DNA of 64,000 bases. Origin: Narcine bancroftii. Its lineage: Eukaryota. A model generated the notes under the pieces. It made no database searches. It worked only from the letters and a program-made list of their open reading frames with translations, and had not been told where the DNA came from. The stretch is taken from NCBI RefSeq assembly GCF_036971445.1, contig NC_091478.1, positions 9,052,001 through 9,116,000 on the forward strand. Reading direction: 5' to 3'. The stretch's first letter is position 1. Every line of letters begins with the position of its first letter. The position numbers and the translations under genes were made by a program. Shown here in pieces: positions 61,226 to 64,000 of this stretch.

Positions 61226-62796
61226 TTCAATAAATAATATTTCTCTATAGAGGATTTGTCAAATGTTGCTAGTGTGCTGTCGAATAGTAAAATAGTAAAA
61301 TCTGAGGGCTATTGAGAATGTGGGAGAATAACATAACATGATTCCTGAAACAATCCAATGGGTGACTGATTGTGGGCATGAACTCTAGCAGGGTTATTTG
61401 CCATGCCCTTTTTCCATTGGTACAGATCTTTGGCTTGGCTTCGCGGACGAAGATTTATGGAGGGGGTAAATGTCCACGTCAGCTGCAGGCTCGTTTGTGG
61501 CTGACAAGTCCGATGCGGGACAGGCAGACACGGTAGCAGCGGCTGCAGGGGAAAATTGGTTGGTTGGGGTTGGGTGTTGGGTTTTTCCTCCTTTTTCTTT
61601 TGTCAGTGAGGTGGGCTCTGCGGTCTTCTTCAAAGGAGGTTGCTGCCCGCCAAACTGAGGCGCCAAGATGCACGGTTTGAGGCGATATCAGCCCACTGGC
61701 GGTGGTCAATGTGGCAGGCACCAAGAGATTTCTTTAGGCAGTCCTTGTACCTTTTCTTTGGTGCACCTCTGTCACAGTGGCCAGTGGAGAGCTCGCCATA
61801 TAACACGATCTTGGGAAGGCGATGGTCCTCCATTCTAGAGACGTGACCCACCCAGCGCAGCTGTATCTTCAGCAGCGTGGACTCGATGCTGTCAACCTCT
61901 GCCATCTCGAGTACTTTGACGTTAGGGATGAAAGCGCTTCAATGGATGTTGAGGATGGAGCGGAGACAATGCTGGTGGAAGCGTTCTAGGAGCCGTAGGT
62001 GATGCCGGTAGAGGACCCATGATTCGGAGCCGAACAGGAGTGTGGGTATGACAACGGCTCTGTATACGCTAATCTTTGTGAGGTTTTTCAGTTGGTTGTT
62101 TTTCCAGACTCTTTTGTGTAGTCTTCCAAAGGCGCTATTTGCCTTGGCGAGTCTGTTGTCTATCTCATTGTCGATCCTTGCATCTGATGAAATGGTTTAC
62201 ATTTTGATTTACAGACTTTCAAGTTTTATGCCTAATGAGCTTGTATCCAGGTGCAGGACCATTTTTAACCAGGAATACATTTATCACTGTGACATGAAAC
62301 TATTGGAAGATCGTTTTATCCTGAGATTAAAGTTCATAATACTTACTCAGGCCTGTGTGCGGGAGGGCGGGGTTTGCGGGTGATCGGGTTTGACAACGAC
62401 AGTACGGGGGCATCGGCTCTCGCTGCAGGGCGGCATCTCGGCGGATCAGCGGCCCCGTCACCGTGAGTTGCGCATCGGCCTGCGGTAGGGAGGGGGAGTG
62501 GGCAACGGTCCTGGCGAGGTCAGGCCCAAGGCCTCCGGTTCCGGGCTTCCCCTGACACCGGCCAGGCCCCAAAACCAGAGTCCATGGTGAGACCCTGCAA
62601 CGTAAACAGAGGAAGTGGGGGCGATTAGCAGGCTGACGCCAATGCATTCTAGGATTTGTTGTATTACTGTGCATGCGCTATACTGGCGCGGTGGCCAGCG
62701 GGCCACCTCTAATACATTTTTGAAATGATCTTGCGGGCCAAATATAATTATATTGTGGGCCAAATTTGGCCCGCGGGCCAGAGTTTGACATGTGTG
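61226..62796. mobile_element. Second copy of the hAT-like element (left end missing, interrupted by RTE)
   Basis: Matches ~7664-8459; ends in GAGTTTGACATGTGTG followed by GTCTAGAG. Confidence 0.85.
61428..62196 (-). mobile_element. 5'-truncated RTE-clade LINE inserted inside a hAT-like element
   Basis: ORFs 61479..61724 and 61630..61905 match the same RTE protein. The flanks on both sides are contiguous in the uninterrupted element at 7447-8459. Confidence 0.9.
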
Positions 62797-62947
62797 GTCT
62801 AGAGTGTGAGTCCTTTAGGCAGCGTGAGATGTAAATGGAATCGATAGAGGGGAGGGTGATGTTTTGAGCTGCATCTATTGTTGCTTTTTAAAAATTTTTA
62901 AACCACACAAAGCATAATTAAAGATGATTCAAAACAATAAAAATACA

Positions 62948-64000
62948 CGTGGAGTGGCAGCACGCCATTAGGCAGGCGAACCGGCCCCATTTGTAACACG
63001 CGGCGGGGCAGCTGTCCAAAATGGCACCGTCGGGGGTTTTCCCTTCGACCTCGGCACTGGGCAGAAGCCTGCGCTTGGGGACCCAAGTGACGCCCTAGTG
63101 ATGTCAGTGCTCCCAGCGTGGTTTTCAGCCAGGTCCGGGCTTGGAGTACAAGGCCAGCCAGGCAGTCTGCAATAAATCAGTTCTGCTCACTGAGCTCAAC
63201 CCGTTTGGTTGTGTGTTATTTCAGTTAGCAGTGTAGCTGCCGCTACAATTGGAGACCCCGACAGGTTCAAACGTCTTTGAACCCAACATGAGTGACCCTT
63301 CGATCAGTGCTGTAGCCGTCAAGCTCCCTGACTTCTGGGTTCAGGAGCTGGAGATCTGGTTCAGCCACGCAAAGGCTCAGTTTCACCCACCCACCCGCGG
63401 AAGTTAAATACGGGACCATCAAGCGGGTGCTCTCTTGGACTATCCAGGCGCCAGCGTGCAGCTCGGGTGCTGCACCCTGATGCCTTGGGGGACAGGTCCC
63501 CGATTGAGCTAATGGACGAGATGCTTGCACTCATGGGTGATCACACCAACTGCTCACTCTGAGCACATCTTTCTCAACCATCTGCCTGAGTACATCCGTC
63601 TGCTACTGGCCCAAGAGAGCTTAGCTGACCCGAGGAAGGTTGTTCAGAAGTCTTGAGTGATTTCCAGAGGTCTTAGCAGTCCATCAGGTCGTGAATCACA
63701 GGCATGACCGCTCCAAGCCTTCCTCTAGCGCTGCGGTAAAACACCCAGTCCCTGCAGGGGTCACAAAGAGCATAACCAGAGGTAAGGCATGTGCTCTGGG
63801 CCTCTGCTTCTACCACCAGCGCTGGGGAGCCAAGGCTTGGAAGTGTTGTCATCCCTGCACGTTCCAGGGAAATGAGCAGGCCGGCCACTGTTAATGGCTG
63901 CGGCGGTTGGCCAAGGACACAACCTTCCCTACCTGCGGGACTCAGTCAGCGGCCGATGTTTCCTTGTCGACACTGGGGCTCAGATCAGTGTCATTCCGGC
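62948..64000 (+). mobile_element. Ty3/Gypsy element: 5' LTR (~62948-63247), PBS, decayed gag and start of protease; runs off the window
   Basis: LTR ends ...CGCTACA, followed by AT-TGGAGACCCC. ATG at 63288 gives MSDPSISAVAVKLPDFWVQELEIWFSHAKAQF; knuckle LCFYHQRWGAKAWKCCHPC; aspartic protease motif FLVDTGAQISVIP at the window end. Confidence 0.9.

Overview
Vertebrate nuclear DNA, most likely from a cartilaginous fish (ray, skate or shark), judged from V-SINE/HE1-type SINEs, a Deu-SINE relic and Penelope, Rex1/Babar and CR1 fragments. It holds the conserved block LHPP(-) / NKX1-2(+) / OAT(+), in the same order and relative orientation I recall for human 10q26. LHPP coding exons 1-2 are at 29280-29404 and 5866-6053, separated by a 23.2-kb intron. 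NKX1-2 is a complete two-exon NK1 homeobox gene (34383-34620 + 39634-40256, 286 aa). OAT is represented by a probable non-coding first exon and six coding exons (54413-59655) and continues past the window. The remainder is intronic or intergenic DNA dense in transposable elements. I see no new protein-coding system. The most unusual non-coding structures are: (i) a ~267-bp, ~95%-identical inverted repeat in the divergent LHPP/NKX1-2 promoter interval; (ii) a ~180-bp OAT promoter core with two TGACGCAA sites and a GTCACGTGA box, flanked by two different G-rich minisatellites on the same strand; (iii) two nested inverted retroelement pairs around LHPP exon 2; (iv) decayed Penelope-type hammerhead ribozyme cores; (v) a 72-bp DNA-transposon segment copied into a SINE. 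Repeat boundaries are approximate, and family names come from recognition rather than database searches.
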